Shown piece after piece: positions 50,781-60,151 of a stretch of 64,000 nt of DNA; the stretch's first letter is position 1, and each line of letters opens with the position of its first letter. Position numbers and translations under genes: made by a program. This stretch comes from an uncultured Spirochaetota bacterium (GTDB lineage: Bacteria > Spirochaetota > Spirochaetia > SZUA-6 > Fen-1364), in the NCBI GenBank assembly GCA_963820525.1, contig CAWGAA010000001.1, positions 1,696,001-1,760,000 on the forward strand, given 5' to 3'. The notes beneath the pieces were generated by a model. That model was not told where the DNA came from and searched no databases. It worked only from the letters and a program-made list of their open reading frames with translations.

Positions 50781-50971
50781 GATGGAGATTCTCCTTTGCG
50801 GAAGAAAATACTCACGCCGAGGGGCTCCTGGCAACGCGGGCGGCGGAGAGCCGGAATCCGGGGAGCGCGGCTCCCGAGGCCGCCCTGCGAGACACGGAAA
50901 AAGTACCAAGAACCCGGGACGCGCGACCACAGAACGTTGACAGCCGGCTTTCTCCATGCCAGCATGAGGCC

Positions 50972-51979
50972 ATGCAGGAGCGCATCGAGCGAAAGCGCCT
51001 CGTCATGCTTCGCATCCTCCAGGAGGCGGACAATCCCGTGGGCAGCGACCTGATCACAAAGGAGCTGAAGCAGCACGGCTACGACATGAGCGAACGCACG
51101 GTTCGCTTTCACCTCCTGGCCATGGACAAGGCGGGGTACACCCGCTACATCGGAAAGCGGGGGCGGCGCATCACGGAAAAGGGCAAGCTCGAGCTCTCCA
51201 ATGCCATGGTCCACGAGAGGGTGGGTTTCCTGGCCGCGAAGATCGACCAGCTCACCTACCTCATGAAATTCGACATCGCGAAGCTCCAGGGCAGCGTGGT
51301 TGTCAACACAAGCCTCATCGAGAAGAAGGAGCTGGAGCGCACCTACCCGTTCGTACAGAAGGTATTCGAGGCGGGCTACGCCATGGGCAAGCTCCTTACC
51401 CTCTACGAGCCGGGATGCAGGGCGGGGGAGATCGTGATCCCGCCCGGGTTCGTGGGTTTGGGAACGATCTGCTCGATCACCGTCAACGGAGTGCTCCTCT
51501 CCCTGGGAATCCCAACCCACTCCCGCTTCGGCGGGCTTCTGGAGATGCAGGAGAGGAAACCACTGCGCTGGACGGCCATCATCAACTACGACGGCACCAG
51601 CCTGGACCCGCTGGAGATCTTCATCAGAAGCGGCATGACCGATTACGTTGGAGCAACCGAAGTGGGAAGCGGCCAGATCGGAGCCAGCTTCCGTGAGGTC
51701 CCTGCAGGCAGCCGCGACAGCGTGGTGGAAATAGCGGGAAAGCTGGAAAAGATCGGTTTGGGTGGATTCATGGAGATCGGCTGGCCTGGCCAGCCGCTCC
51801 TGGGGATCCCCGTGGACGAGAACAGAATCGGGGCCATCGTCATCGGGGGGCTCAATCCCGTCGCCATCCTGGAGGAAATGGGGGTCACGGTATATTCGCG
51901 GGCTCTCTCGGGGCTCGTGGATTTCCATAAGCTCTTCCATTACAAGGAGTTGGGAGAGCGGATCAGAAAAATGAAGTAA
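50972..51979 (+). CDS. NrpR-like regulator (wHTH + single NrpR/DUF128 domain)
   Basis: ERTVRFHL..MD..G.T...G..GR.IT..G; TICSITVNG; Y.GTSLDPLEIF; ASFRE.P; GGLNP.A. Confidence 0.88.
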   Translation: MQERIERKRLVMLRILQEADNPVGSDLITKELKQHGYDMSERTVRFHLLAMDKAGYTRYIGKRGRRITEKGKLELSNAMVHERVGFLAAKIDQLTYLMKFDIAKLQGSVVVNTSLIEKKELERTYPFVQKVFEAGYAMGKLLTLYEPGCRAGEIVIPPGFVGLGTICSITVNGVLLSLGIPTHSRFGGLLEMQERKPLRWTAIINYDGTSLDPLEIFIRSGMTDYVGATEVGSGQIGASFREVPAGSRDSVVEIAGKLEKIGLGGFMEIGWPGQPLLGIPVDENRIGAIVIGGLNPVAILEEMGVTVYSRALSGLVDFHKLFHYKELGERIRKMK

Positions 51980-52013
51980 TCGGGCTTTTATTCACGTTTT
52001 TTATAAATTTTCA

Positions 52014-52102
52014 TTGACAGCAGACGCCTTCTATGGTAATTTGTCGAAAAATATTCATGGCAATGGTTTGCCATAAAGAGTTGTTACCGGCTTGTCTTTG
52101 CC
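52014..52102 (+). promoter_or_regulatory. Sigma70 promoter followed by two GGC(A/T)-N6-TGCC boxes
   Basis: TTGACA(52014)-N17-TAATTT(52037); ATGGCAA-TGGT-TTGCCAT at 52057-52074; GGCT-N6-TGCC at 52089-52102. Confidence 0.7.
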
Positions 52103-52159
52103 ATAAGGGAGAGATTTTCGTCAAGTCGGGGCGTCCCGTCCGCCCGCCAGGAGGGATTC

Positions 52160-52657
52160 ATGGAAACGACCACAAAAGATTCCCTTGAGCAAATCCTCAC
52201 CCGTCACGGGCGGAAACGCACCCAGCTCATCGAAGTCCTTCACGACATCCAGAAAAGCTTCAGCTACCTTTCCGAGGATGCGCTCAAGACCGTATCCGAC
52301 AGCCTTGAAGTGCCTCTCATCGAAGTCTTCAGAGTGGCCAACTTCTACAAGGCCTTCAAGCTGAACCCCCAGGGCCGGCACCTTCTCACCCTCTGCATGG
52401 GCACTGCCTGCCACGTGAGGGGAGCGGACAAGCTCGCCGACGAGGTGAGCGGCCAGTTCGGCATCAAACCGGGGGAGACCACTCCCGACGGAGAGCTCAC
52501 CCTGGAGACCGTCAACTGCCTGGGGGCCTGCGCCCTGTCTCCCATCGCGATTCTCGACGGCAAATACTACGACAGGATGACCTACGCGAAGCTTCGCTCG
52601 CTGATCGAGAGGGTCACCGGAAACTCCCGCGAAAAGAAAAGCGTCACGTCAGGATGA
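52160..52657 (+). CDS. NuoE/HydC-like [2Fe-2S] subunit
   Basis: VANFY..F, CMGTACH, CLGAC. Confidence 0.93.
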   Translation: METTTKDSLEQILTRHGRKRTQLIEVLHDIQKSFSYLSEDALKTVSDSLEVPLIEVFRVANFYKAFKLNPQGRHLLTLCMGTACHVRGADKLADEVSGQFGIKPGETTPDGELTLETVNCLGACALSPIAILDGKYYDRMTYAKLRSLIERVTGNSREKKSVTSG

Positions 52658-54516
52658 AACCCATGGCAATAAAACCCACGACCGAGACCCTGAAGAGACT
52701 GGCCGATACCCGCCTGAAGGAGGACAGCGCCTACAGCCGGATCGCCATCGTGTGCGGCGGGCCCGGCTGCAGCGCCTCCGGCTGCCAGACCATCGTCGCA
52801 TGCCTCCAGCAGGAACTTGCCCGCAACGGGATCGGCAAGAAGATCAAGGTGAGGACCACGGGCTGCCACGGCTTCTGCGAGCAGGGACCCCTCATGGTGA
52901 TAGAACCCGAGAACCTCTTCTATTGCAGGCTCAAGCCGGAAGATATCCCCGAGATCGTCGCCGAGACCCTCGGCAAGGGCACGGTGATCGAGCGGCTCCT
53001 CTACACGGACCCCGCCACGGGCCGCAAGGTACAGAAGGAATCCGACGTTCCCTTCTACAAGGCCCAGGACAGGGCCTTGCTCGAGCAGAACAAGAATATC
53101 GATCCCTGCGAGATCGGGGACTATATCGCCCACGGCGGATACTCCGCGCTTTCCAAGGTCTTGACCACCCTGAAGCCCGAGGAGGTGATCGCCGAGATCA
53201 CGGCTTCGGGATTGCGGGGACGGGGAGGCGCTGGATTTCCCACGGGAAGGAAGTGGGAAACGTGCAGAAAGGCGGCGGGCTCGCCCAAGTACGTGATCTG
53301 CAACGCGGATGAGGGCGATCCGGGCGCCTTCATGGATCGCTGCATCCTCGAAGGCAATCCGCACGCCGTCATCGAGGGAATGCTCATCGGCGCATTCGCC
53401 ATCGGGGCGGAGCACGGCTACATTTACGTGAGGAACGAATACCCCGTCGCAGTGGATCACTCGAAGATCGCCATCACGCAGGCCGAAGAGATGGGCCTCC
53501 TGGGGAAAAACATCCTGGGGACCGGCTTTTCATTCGATATCACGGTGGCGCGCGGCGGTGGGGCATTCGTCTGCGGAGAGTCCACGGCCCTCATGGCCTC
53601 CCTGGAGGGGAAAGTGGGGGAGCCCCGGCCAAAGGACATTCACAGCACGGAAAAGGGCTTCATGGATCTGCCGTCCAATCTCAACAACGTGGAGACCTGG
53701 GCCAATGTTCCCTCGATCATCAATCGCGGTTCCGCCTGGTTCGCTTCGAAAGGCACCGCCCAGAGCACGGGGACCAAGATCTTTGCCCTCACGGGCAAGG
53801 TGAAGAACACGGGGCTCGTCGAAGTTGCCATGGGCACCACGCTGCGCCGTATCGTCACCGACATCGGCGGCGGCGCTCCCGACGGCAAGCGGGTGAAAGC
53901 GGTACAGATCGGGGGGCCATCCGGCGGCTGCCTGCCCGAGAGCCTGTTCGACCTTCCCGTCGACTTCGAGGCTCTGACGGCGCATGGGGCAATGGTCGGC
54001 TCCGGCGGCCTGGTGGTCATGGACGAAGGCACCTGCATGGTGAACGTGGCCCGCTACTTCCTGAAGTTCCTCCTGGAGGAGTCATGTGGCAAGTGCGTGC
54101 CGTGCCGCCTTGGAGTGAAGCGCCTCCACGAAACGGTGAGCGAGATTGCGGAGGGCCGGGGCACGGAGGGGATGCTGGAGCTCCTCGCCGACACGGCGGA
54201 GACGGTATCGGTGGCTTCCCTCTGCGCGCTGGGAAAGACTGCTCCCAACCCCCTCCTGACCACCTTGAAGTACTTCCGTGAGGAGTACGAGGCCCATATC
54301 AGCGACAAAAAGTGCCCCGCGGGGGTCTGCAGGGCCCTGATCCATTATTCAATCGACGATGCCGCCTGCAATGGATGCGGCCTGTGCTTCACGGCATGTC
54401 CGCACGGCGCCATCCAGCGGATCGACAAGAAGGTCTATCGCCTCGACGAGGCAAAATGCAGCAAGTGCGGCATCTGCCGGGACGCATGCAAGCACAGCGC
54501 CATCAGGGTCGCGTGA
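52654..54516 (+). CDS. NuoF/HydB-like FMN/NADH subunit with N- and C-terminal ferredoxin domains
   Basis: CGGPGC...GCHGFC; GLRGRGGAGF; NADEGDPG; CGESTAL; NNVET; CGKCVPC; H....KCPAGVC; two CxxCxxCxxxC. Confidence 0.93.
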   Translation: MKPMAIKPTTETLKRLADTRLKEDSAYSRIAIVCGGPGCSASGCQTIVACLQQELARNGIGKKIKVRTTGCHGFCEQGPLMVIEPENLFYCRLKPEDIPEIVAETLGKGTVIERLLYTDPATGRKVQKESDVPFYKAQDRALLEQNKNIDPCEIGDYIAHGGYSALSKVLTTLKPEEVIAEITASGLRGRGGAGFPTGRKWETCRKAAGSPKYVICNADEGDPGAFMDRCILEGNPHAVIEGMLIGAFAIGAEHGYIYVRNEYPVAVDHSKIAITQAEEMGLLGKNILGTGFSFDITVARGGGAFVCGESTALMASLEGKVGEPRPKDIHSTEKGFMDLPSNLNNVETWANVPSIINRGSAWFASKGTAQSTGTKIFALTGKVKNTGLVEVAMGTTLRRIVTDIGGGAPDGKRVKAVQIGGPSGGCLPESLFDLPVDFEALTAHGAMVGSGGLVVMDEGTCMVNVARYFLKFLLEESCGKCVPCRLGVKRLHETVSEIAEGRGTEGMLELLADTAETVSVASLCALGKTAPNPLLTTLKYFREEYEAHISDKKCPAGVCRALIHYSIDDAACNGCGLCFTACPHGAIQRIDKKVYRLDEAKCSKCGICRDACKHSAIRVA

Positions 54517-54531
54517 CGAGGAGCGGAAGCG

Positions 54532-55230
54532 ATGAATGAAACGGTAACCTTGAGGATCGATGGCGCGCCCGTCAAGGCGGCCCAAGGAACCTCCGTTCTG
54601 GAAGCGGCCCTCGATTACGGGATCTGCATCCCCCACCTCTGTAACATCAAAGGGGTGAGCCCCGTGGGAGTGTGCAGGCTGTGCATCGTAGAGGTGGAAA
54701 AGAAAGGAAAGTCGAGAATCACCGCCTCCTGCACCCTGGAGGTGGAAGAGGGCATGGAGATCAAGGCCCACACCGAGAAGGTCAACCGCATCAGGAAGGG
54801 TGTCGCGGAGCTCCTGGTGGCTGAAGCGCCCAACTCGCGGGCCGTGCAGGACATCGCCGTGCTCTGCGGCGTCACCTCGGTGCGCTACCCGTTTCGAAAC
54901 GAGCAGTGCGTGCTGTGCGGCAGGTGCGTGAGGGTCTGCACGGAGGTATGGCGGGGCAACGCCTTGGGCCAGGTTGGCCGCGGGGAGCTGCAGCACATCG
55001 CCCTCCCCTTCGACAAGAGGCCGGATTCCTGCAAGCGGTGCAATGCCTGCATCACCGTCTGCCCGATGATGATCACCCCGTGCGACGGCCCGATGAAGAC
55101 GGGGCAGGAATACCTGTGCGGGAAGTGCGCTTCCCAATTGAGCATGAGCGCCCACGCTCCCGGCAGTTGCGTCCGCTGCAGGCTGGGAAAGGGATTCGAT
55201 TGCATCCGGCAGGTGCCGGTCATCTATTAA
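54532..55230 (+). CDS. Short NuoG/HydA-N-like Fe-S subunit without catalytic domain
   Basis: IPHLC...CRLC...SC [2Fe-2S]; CVLCGRCVRVC and CKRCNACITVCP; six-Cys tail; no H-cluster or molybdopterin domain. Confidence 0.88.
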   Translation: MNETVTLRIDGAPVKAAQGTSVLEAALDYGICIPHLCNIKGVSPVGVCRLCIVEVEKKGKSRITASCTLEVEEGMEIKAHTEKVNRIRKGVAELLVAEAPNSRAVQDIAVLCGVTSVRYPFRNEQCVLCGRCVRVCTEVWRGNALGQVGRGELQHIALPFDKRPDSCKRCNACITVCPMMITPCDGPMKTGQEYLCGKCASQLSMSAHAPGSCVRCRLGKGFDCIRQVPVIY

Positions 55231-55276
55231 GGGGACATCCAGCGAGCCCACAGGGCGAGCTTCAAGGGGGGAATGA

Positions 55277-56866
55277 ATGAACCTGCAGAGACCCAATTCC
55301 AATGACGTGACCCAGACGGTCAATCGTTCCGAGAGCGTCGTGGCAAGCTCCGGCTTGTGCACGCGCTGCATCGACGGCTGCCGTGGAAACTGCGAAGTCT
55401 TCCGCTCCACCTTCAGGAGCCGCGAGGTCATCTACCCGGGGCCATTCGGCGAAATCACCGCCGGGGGAGACAAGAACTACCCCATCGACTATTCCCACCT
55501 CAACATCATGGGCTACGCCATGGGCGCCAAGGGGCTTCCGCAGGGCGTCGAGCCGGGCCCCGACACGGCAATCTTTCCCGCGGTCAATACCGAGACCGAG
55601 TACGGGTGGAGCTCCAAGGTGAAGATGAGGGCGCCCGTGTTCACCGGCGCGCTCGGGTCCACCGAGATCGCGCGGAGGAACTGGGAGCATTTCGCAATCG
55701 GCGCGGCCATCTCGGGAATCACCCTGGTGTGCGGCGAGAACGTGTGCGGAATCGATCCCCAGCTCGAGCTGGACTCCAAGGGAAAGATCGCCAAGTCCCC
55801 CGATATGGACAGGCGCATCGAGACGTACAAGCGCTTCCACGACGGCTACGGAGAGCTCCTCGTACAGATGAACGTCGAGGATACCCGCCTCGGCGTGGCG
55901 GAGTACGTGAGGAAGAGGCACGACCTGAAGACCATCGAGCTGAAGTGGGGCCAGGGCGCCAAGTGCATCGGCGGAGAGATCAAGGTGAAGAGCCTGGAGC
56001 GCGCCCTGGAGCTGAAGAAGCGCGGCTACATCATCACCCCGGACCCCACCTTGGAGGCGGTTCAGGCCGCGTACAAGGACGGGGCCATCCGCGAGTTCGA
56101 GCGCCACTCCCGCCTGGGTTTCGTGACCGAAGACGGATTTTTCAAGGAGATCGAGAGGCTGCGCAAGCTCGGCTTCGAGCGCATCACCCTGAAGACCGGC
56201 GCCTACTCAATGAGGGAGCTCGCCATGGCCATCAAGTATTCCTCCATGGCGCATATCGACCTTCTGACCATCGACGGGGCGGCAGGGGGAACAGGCATGA
56301 GCCCCTGGCGGATGATGGAGGAGTGGGGAATCCCCACCTTCTACCTGGAGTCGCTCACCTATGAGTTCGCAGAAAAGCTCGTAAAGAGGGGAATGCGCCT
56401 GCCGGACCTTGCCATCGCGGGGGGCTTCTCCACCGAGGACCACCTGTTCAAGGCGCTTGCCATGGGCGCCCCGCACATCAAGGCCGTCTGCATGGGCCGC
56501 GCCATGATGATCCCCGGAATGGTGGGCAAGAACATCGACCTCTGGATTAAGGGCAACGACCTTCCCACAACCGTGTCGCGCTTCGGCAAGACCCCCAACG
56601 AGATCTTCGTGTGCTTCGACGAGCTGGCCGATAAGTACGGAAAACAGATGAAGGACATCCCGCTTGGTGCCGTGGGCATCTACAGCTTCTCCCAGAAGCT
56701 CAAGATCGGGCTCCAGCAGCTCATGGCGGGCACCAGGAACTTCAGGCTCTCGACCATCTCCCGCAAGGACCTGATGTGCCTCACCGAGGACGCTTCGAAA
56801 GTTTCGGGCATCCCCTACCTCATGCAGGCGTACCGGGAAGAGGCGGAGGCGGTGCTTCAGAGCTGA
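55277..56866 (+). CDS. Stand-alone FMN-binding glutamate synthase family protein (GltB2-like)
   Basis: N-terminal CxxCxxxCxxxC; IELKWGQGAK..GGE; LKTG; IDG..GGTG; AGG......FKALA.GA; MGR. Confidence 0.88.
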   Translation: MNLQRPNSNDVTQTVNRSESVVASSGLCTRCIDGCRGNCEVFRSTFRSREVIYPGPFGEITAGGDKNYPIDYSHLNIMGYAMGAKGLPQGVEPGPDTAIFPAVNTETEYGWSSKVKMRAPVFTGALGSTEIARRNWEHFAIGAAISGITLVCGENVCGIDPQLELDSKGKIAKSPDMDRRIETYKRFHDGYGELLVQMNVEDTRLGVAEYVRKRHDLKTIELKWGQGAKCIGGEIKVKSLERALELKKRGYIITPDPTLEAVQAAYKDGAIREFERHSRLGFVTEDGFFKEIERLRKLGFERITLKTGAYSMRELAMAIKYSSMAHIDLLTIDGAAGGTGMSPWRMMEEWGIPTFYLESLTYEFAEKLVKRGMRLPDLAIAGGFSTEDHLFKALAMGAPHIKAVCMGRAMMIPGMVGKNIDLWIKGNDLPTTVSRFGKTPNEIFVCFDELADKYGKQMKDIPLGAVGIYSFSQKLKIGLQQLMAGTRNFRLSTISRKDLMCLTEDASKVSGIPYLMQAYREEAEAVLQS

Positions 56867-56890
56867 TCGCTCGCGGTCACGCATGACGGC

Positions 56891-56926
56891 AAGGCGGCCG
56901 GTCACCCCCGGCCGCCTTTTTATTTT
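56891..56926 (+). terminator. Rho-independent terminator
   Basis: AAGGCGGCCGG-TCACCC-CCGGCCGCCTT followed by a T-rich tail. Confidence 0.85.
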
Positions 56927-57013
56927 GGCGGGACCTTTCAGATGCTTTCTGTGTTGTCCGAGGAATCGGCCCGCCGTTAAAGGCCTGACCCCCTCGGCAG
57001 ATGCGGCTTGATC

Positions 57014-59917
57014 CTACCGCCCGGCGTCCTTCGGCGCGAGATCGTTTCCGATGCCGAGATAAACCGGCTTGAATCCCCCTCCGTAATCCAGCTGCGTCGT
57101 CCACACCTGGACCGTGCCGGCGGCCTGCCAGACCCGGCCCTTCTGCGACTTGGCGGTCAAGAGGTAGCCAACGGTCGCTCCTTCGGGCAGGTTCATGGAT
57201 TGGCCGAAGCCCAGCGCGTTGCCCCTCGGCGCCCCAGGCTTTGTCCAGACCATATCGCTGCCGAGAGGCTTCCCCGCGGATGCGTCAATGACGCTCACCG
57301 CTATTCCATATTCTCCCGCGGAATTCTTCTCGAAGTCCTCGCGGTCGGCAGCGCGTTCCTTTCCCGCCGCCCGCGATATATAGCCTGCCACCTTCACGAG
57401 CGTGCCGACCTTGGGCCAGATCGCCCGGGGGCTGCTGCCGAAAAGCAGGAAGGGAACATTCAGCCCCACAATGCCGCCTGAAGGCATCGCCTCGGCATAA
57501 TAGAGGTAATTGCCGCCGCTGGTTGGGACGGCAACTTCAACCTCGACGAGGCGGTTTCTGTCCAGTGTTACCCCCGCCGAGCTGTATTCGATGCTCACGG
57601 CCTGATTTCGGCCCAGGGAACGCACCTGTACGGGAACGGATCCCTGCGCCACGATTTCATCGCTGCGGTAATAGCGCACCGTCACGCGAGCCTGGTCGCC
57701 GATCCGCTCCTTGTTCAATGCAAGGGCATCCGCTTCACGCTTCTCGAGGCGCAGGTTTCTGGCCATCACTGAGATGCGGTCGTTTCCCGTCGGCTGCGCC
57801 GGCTGGGGCGTGACGGGCATCGGCTGAGGTCTGAGGGGCTGTGGCTGCTCTTCTCGGGAAACACGGAGGGTATATCTGGCCGTGCTTCCATTCTCCGCGG
57901 TTACGTCAATGGCGACAACCCGGGTGGCACCCGGATCCACGGCAACGGTTCGACCTGTCTTCTCCAGGGGCGAGCCGTCGACCGTGATGGCTGCCTTCGG
58001 GCTCTGAGCTGATGCCATAAGGAGCACGGAAGGCACGCCGGCGCCGATCTTGGCATCGTAGATGATGATGCCGGGGGAGAAAACGGGCTGGAGCGCAACG
58101 CCGGCGAGCTGGAGCGTATTCAGCATGGTGTTGCCGTCCTTGCCGACCTGAGGCACGACGGGGGCGGGATTAGCGGGCTCTACCGGCTGGGGAGTCACTG
58201 CGGGCTGAACCGGAGACACATCTCGGCTCACCGTCACCTGGTAAAGCCGCTGCGAGCCATCCTCCGCAGTCACCACGAGGCTGACGATGGCGCTCTTGCC
58301 GGGGTCAACAGCCACTGTGACGGTCTTGCTGGAAGCTGGGGCCGCGCCCTGCTCTCCCGCGAGGGAGATGACAGCCCGCGGGCTTGCCGTCATCGTCGTG
58401 AGCTGGACGTTCGTAACGCCCGAGGACAGCGCCAGGCTGTACGATACGACACGGGGAGAAAACGGCGGGAACAGCGCTCCGGCTGAAACGGCCAGGGAGG
58501 CAAGGTCGGCATTGCGGTCAGGGGGCGCCCTCCTGATGACGAGGGAGTAGCGGAAGACATTCCCGTCCTGCGCGGTCACGGTGACCGACATGGGCAGCAG
58601 GTTTCCCTTCTCGAAATCCAGCAGCACTCCCGCCGGGTCCGCCGGGCTTCCCTGATATGAGAAGCCCACGGCGGCCGCGCCAGCCGCGGAGGCCGGCATC
58701 TCCAGGGCTACGCGCGCATACGCGCTTCGCGGCTGGGCATGCACCGTGAGCTGCTTGGTCGCGAAAGGCACGCTTGCGTCGAAGGAGGCGATATTGGGGC
58801 CGAATGTTGGAGAGAGCACGCCCCCGTCCACCGAAAGTACGGCCAGCTGGTAATCGTGATCGGGCTCCGCGCGCACGATTTCAACCGCGTATTGCTGCGC
58901 GCTTCCATCCTGCGCGGTAACCGTCACGATAAAGGGGAAACGCGCGCCGCTGGCGAAATCGAGGACGGCGCCGTTTTTATCCGAGACATTCCCGCGGAAC
59001 GCTCCGACGGCCCCACCGCCCTCCTGGGAGGCCGTCTGCCCGGGCACGCCGATGGCAAGAACGGCATACGGGCTCTGCGGACGGGCGCGGACCACCAGCT
59101 GCCGTGTTTCGAAAGGCACAGAGACCACGTAGGTGAAGCGGGAAGGCGTGAACAGGGGCGCAAGAGATGCGCCCTGTATGTCAAGTGCGTCCAGGGCGGC
59201 GTTGGAATCCGGCGCGGCCCGGGAAAGGAGAAAAGTATATTTCTGGCGCGTGACTCCATCCTCGGCCAGCGTCTCGATCACGATCGTTTCCTTCTGCCCC
59301 GTGGCGAAGTCCACGCTCGCGCTTGCCGCGGCGCCCTGATACTCGACGCCGGCAATGGAAATGCTTTTCACGGTGCGGCTCTGAGCCCGGGCTTCGATGT
59401 GCAGAGTTCGAGTGGCGAAGGGGACCTGGATGGCATAGCGAGTCACCGCCGGGCTGAAAGCGGGCTGGATCACCGCCCCGGAAGGCAGGGAGATCTGCGC
59501 AAGCCCGGCGGAGGCCTCGGCTTCCCGGACGACCACCCGGTAGCGCCATGGCTCCTTCTGGCCCGAGACCTCGATCGAGTACATCACGGGAGCCGAGAAA
59601 TCGTTGGCAGTGACGCCGTTCTGCTGGAGCACGCGCGTTCCGCTGGAAACAACGGAAATGACAGCCTCCGTGCTCAGGGAGAGCGTGGCGATCAACGTCG
59701 ACCTGTCGGTGCCGGGCGGAACGACGAGCTCGACGTCCCTCGGGTCCGCCAGCTCGTTTATCGTCCCCTGCACGTTCTGCGTCAGCCCGGGATTCGACGC
59801 CGAAAGCAGGAGAAACGAATCCACGGGGCCCTTGCCGCGCCCCGCGAATGTGACGCAGCCGCCGAGACCCGCGAGCATGAGCAAGGCAAACACGGCACGG
59901 CAGGCGAGCTTTCGCAT
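57014..59917 (-). CDS. Lipoprotein with about five cadherin-like beta-sandwich repeats
   Basis: Lipobox LGGC; repeated L..L...L.P.F.P....Y...VP and VTAEDG...Y motifs; Pro/Gln linkers; RBS GGAGG. Confidence 0.88.
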   Translation of the reverse strand: MRKLACRAVFALLMLAGLGGCVTFAGRGKGPVDSFLLLSASNPGLTQNVQGTINELADPRDVELVVPPGTDRSTLIATLSLSTEAVISVVSSGTRVLQQNGVTANDFSAPVMYSIEVSGQKEPWRYRVVVREAEASAGLAQISLPSGAVIQPAFSPAVTRYAIQVPFATRTLHIEARAQSRTVKSISIAGVEYQGAAASASVDFATGQKETIVIETLAEDGVTRQKYTFLLSRAAPDSNAALDALDIQGASLAPLFTPSRFTYVVSVPFETRQLVVRARPQSPYAVLAIGVPGQTASQEGGGAVGAFRGNVSDKNGAVLDFASGARFPFIVTVTAQDGSAQQYAVEIVRAEPDHDYQLAVLSVDGGVLSPTFGPNIASFDASVPFATKQLTVHAQPRSAYARVALEMPASAAGAAAVGFSYQGSPADPAGVLLDFEKGNLLPMSVTVTAQDGNVFRYSLVIRRAPPDRNADLASLAVSAGALFPPFSPRVVSYSLALSSGVTNVQLTTMTASPRAVISLAGEQGAAPASSKTVTVAVDPGKSAIVSLVVTAEDGSQRLYQVTVSRDVSPVQPAVTPQPVEPANPAPVVPQVGKDGNTMLNTLQLAGVALQPVFSPGIIIYDAKIGAGVPSVLLMASAQSPKAAITVDGSPLEKTGRTVAVDPGATRVVAIDVTAENGSTARYTLRVSREEQPQPLRPQPMPVTPQPAQPTGNDRISVMARNLRLEKREADALALNKERIGDQARVTVRYYRSDEIVAQGSVPVQVRSLGRNQAVSIEYSSAGVTLDRNRLVEVEVAVPTSGGNYLYYAEAMPSGGIVGLNVPFLLFGSSPRAIWPKVGTLVKVAGYISRAAGKERAADREDFEKNSAGEYGIAVSVIDASAGKPLGSDMVWTKPGAPRGNALGFGQSMNLPEGATVGYLLTAKSQKGRVWQAAGTVQVWTTQLDYGGGFKPVYLGIGNDLAPKDAGR

Positions 59918-60151
59918 GAAGACCTCCACTCTCAGATCTCGAATATAGTCCTTAGACGCCGGCAAAACCGGCATGTCGGAGCATACCGAAGAGGCACGGA
60001 TTGTATTTCGATATCATCCGGGCGGTATACTAACCCAAGGGGTTCACCATGCAATATACGATCATGCCCTCTGTGAAGGCCATCAAGAAGGCTCAGGGCG
60101 GCAACGTCGACATCATCGTCGGACCGTCCGCGGGGGAAGCCGCCCGCCGGC

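Noticed and set aside
52160..55230. [FeFe]-hydrogenase, formate dehydrogenase or complex I
   Set aside because: No H-cluster motifs, molybdopterin domain or membrane Nuo subunits.
57014..59917. Cadherin-like repeat lipoprotein as a novel system
   Set aside because: Recognised repeat family and a stand-alone gene; only the C-terminal ~250 aa is unassigned.
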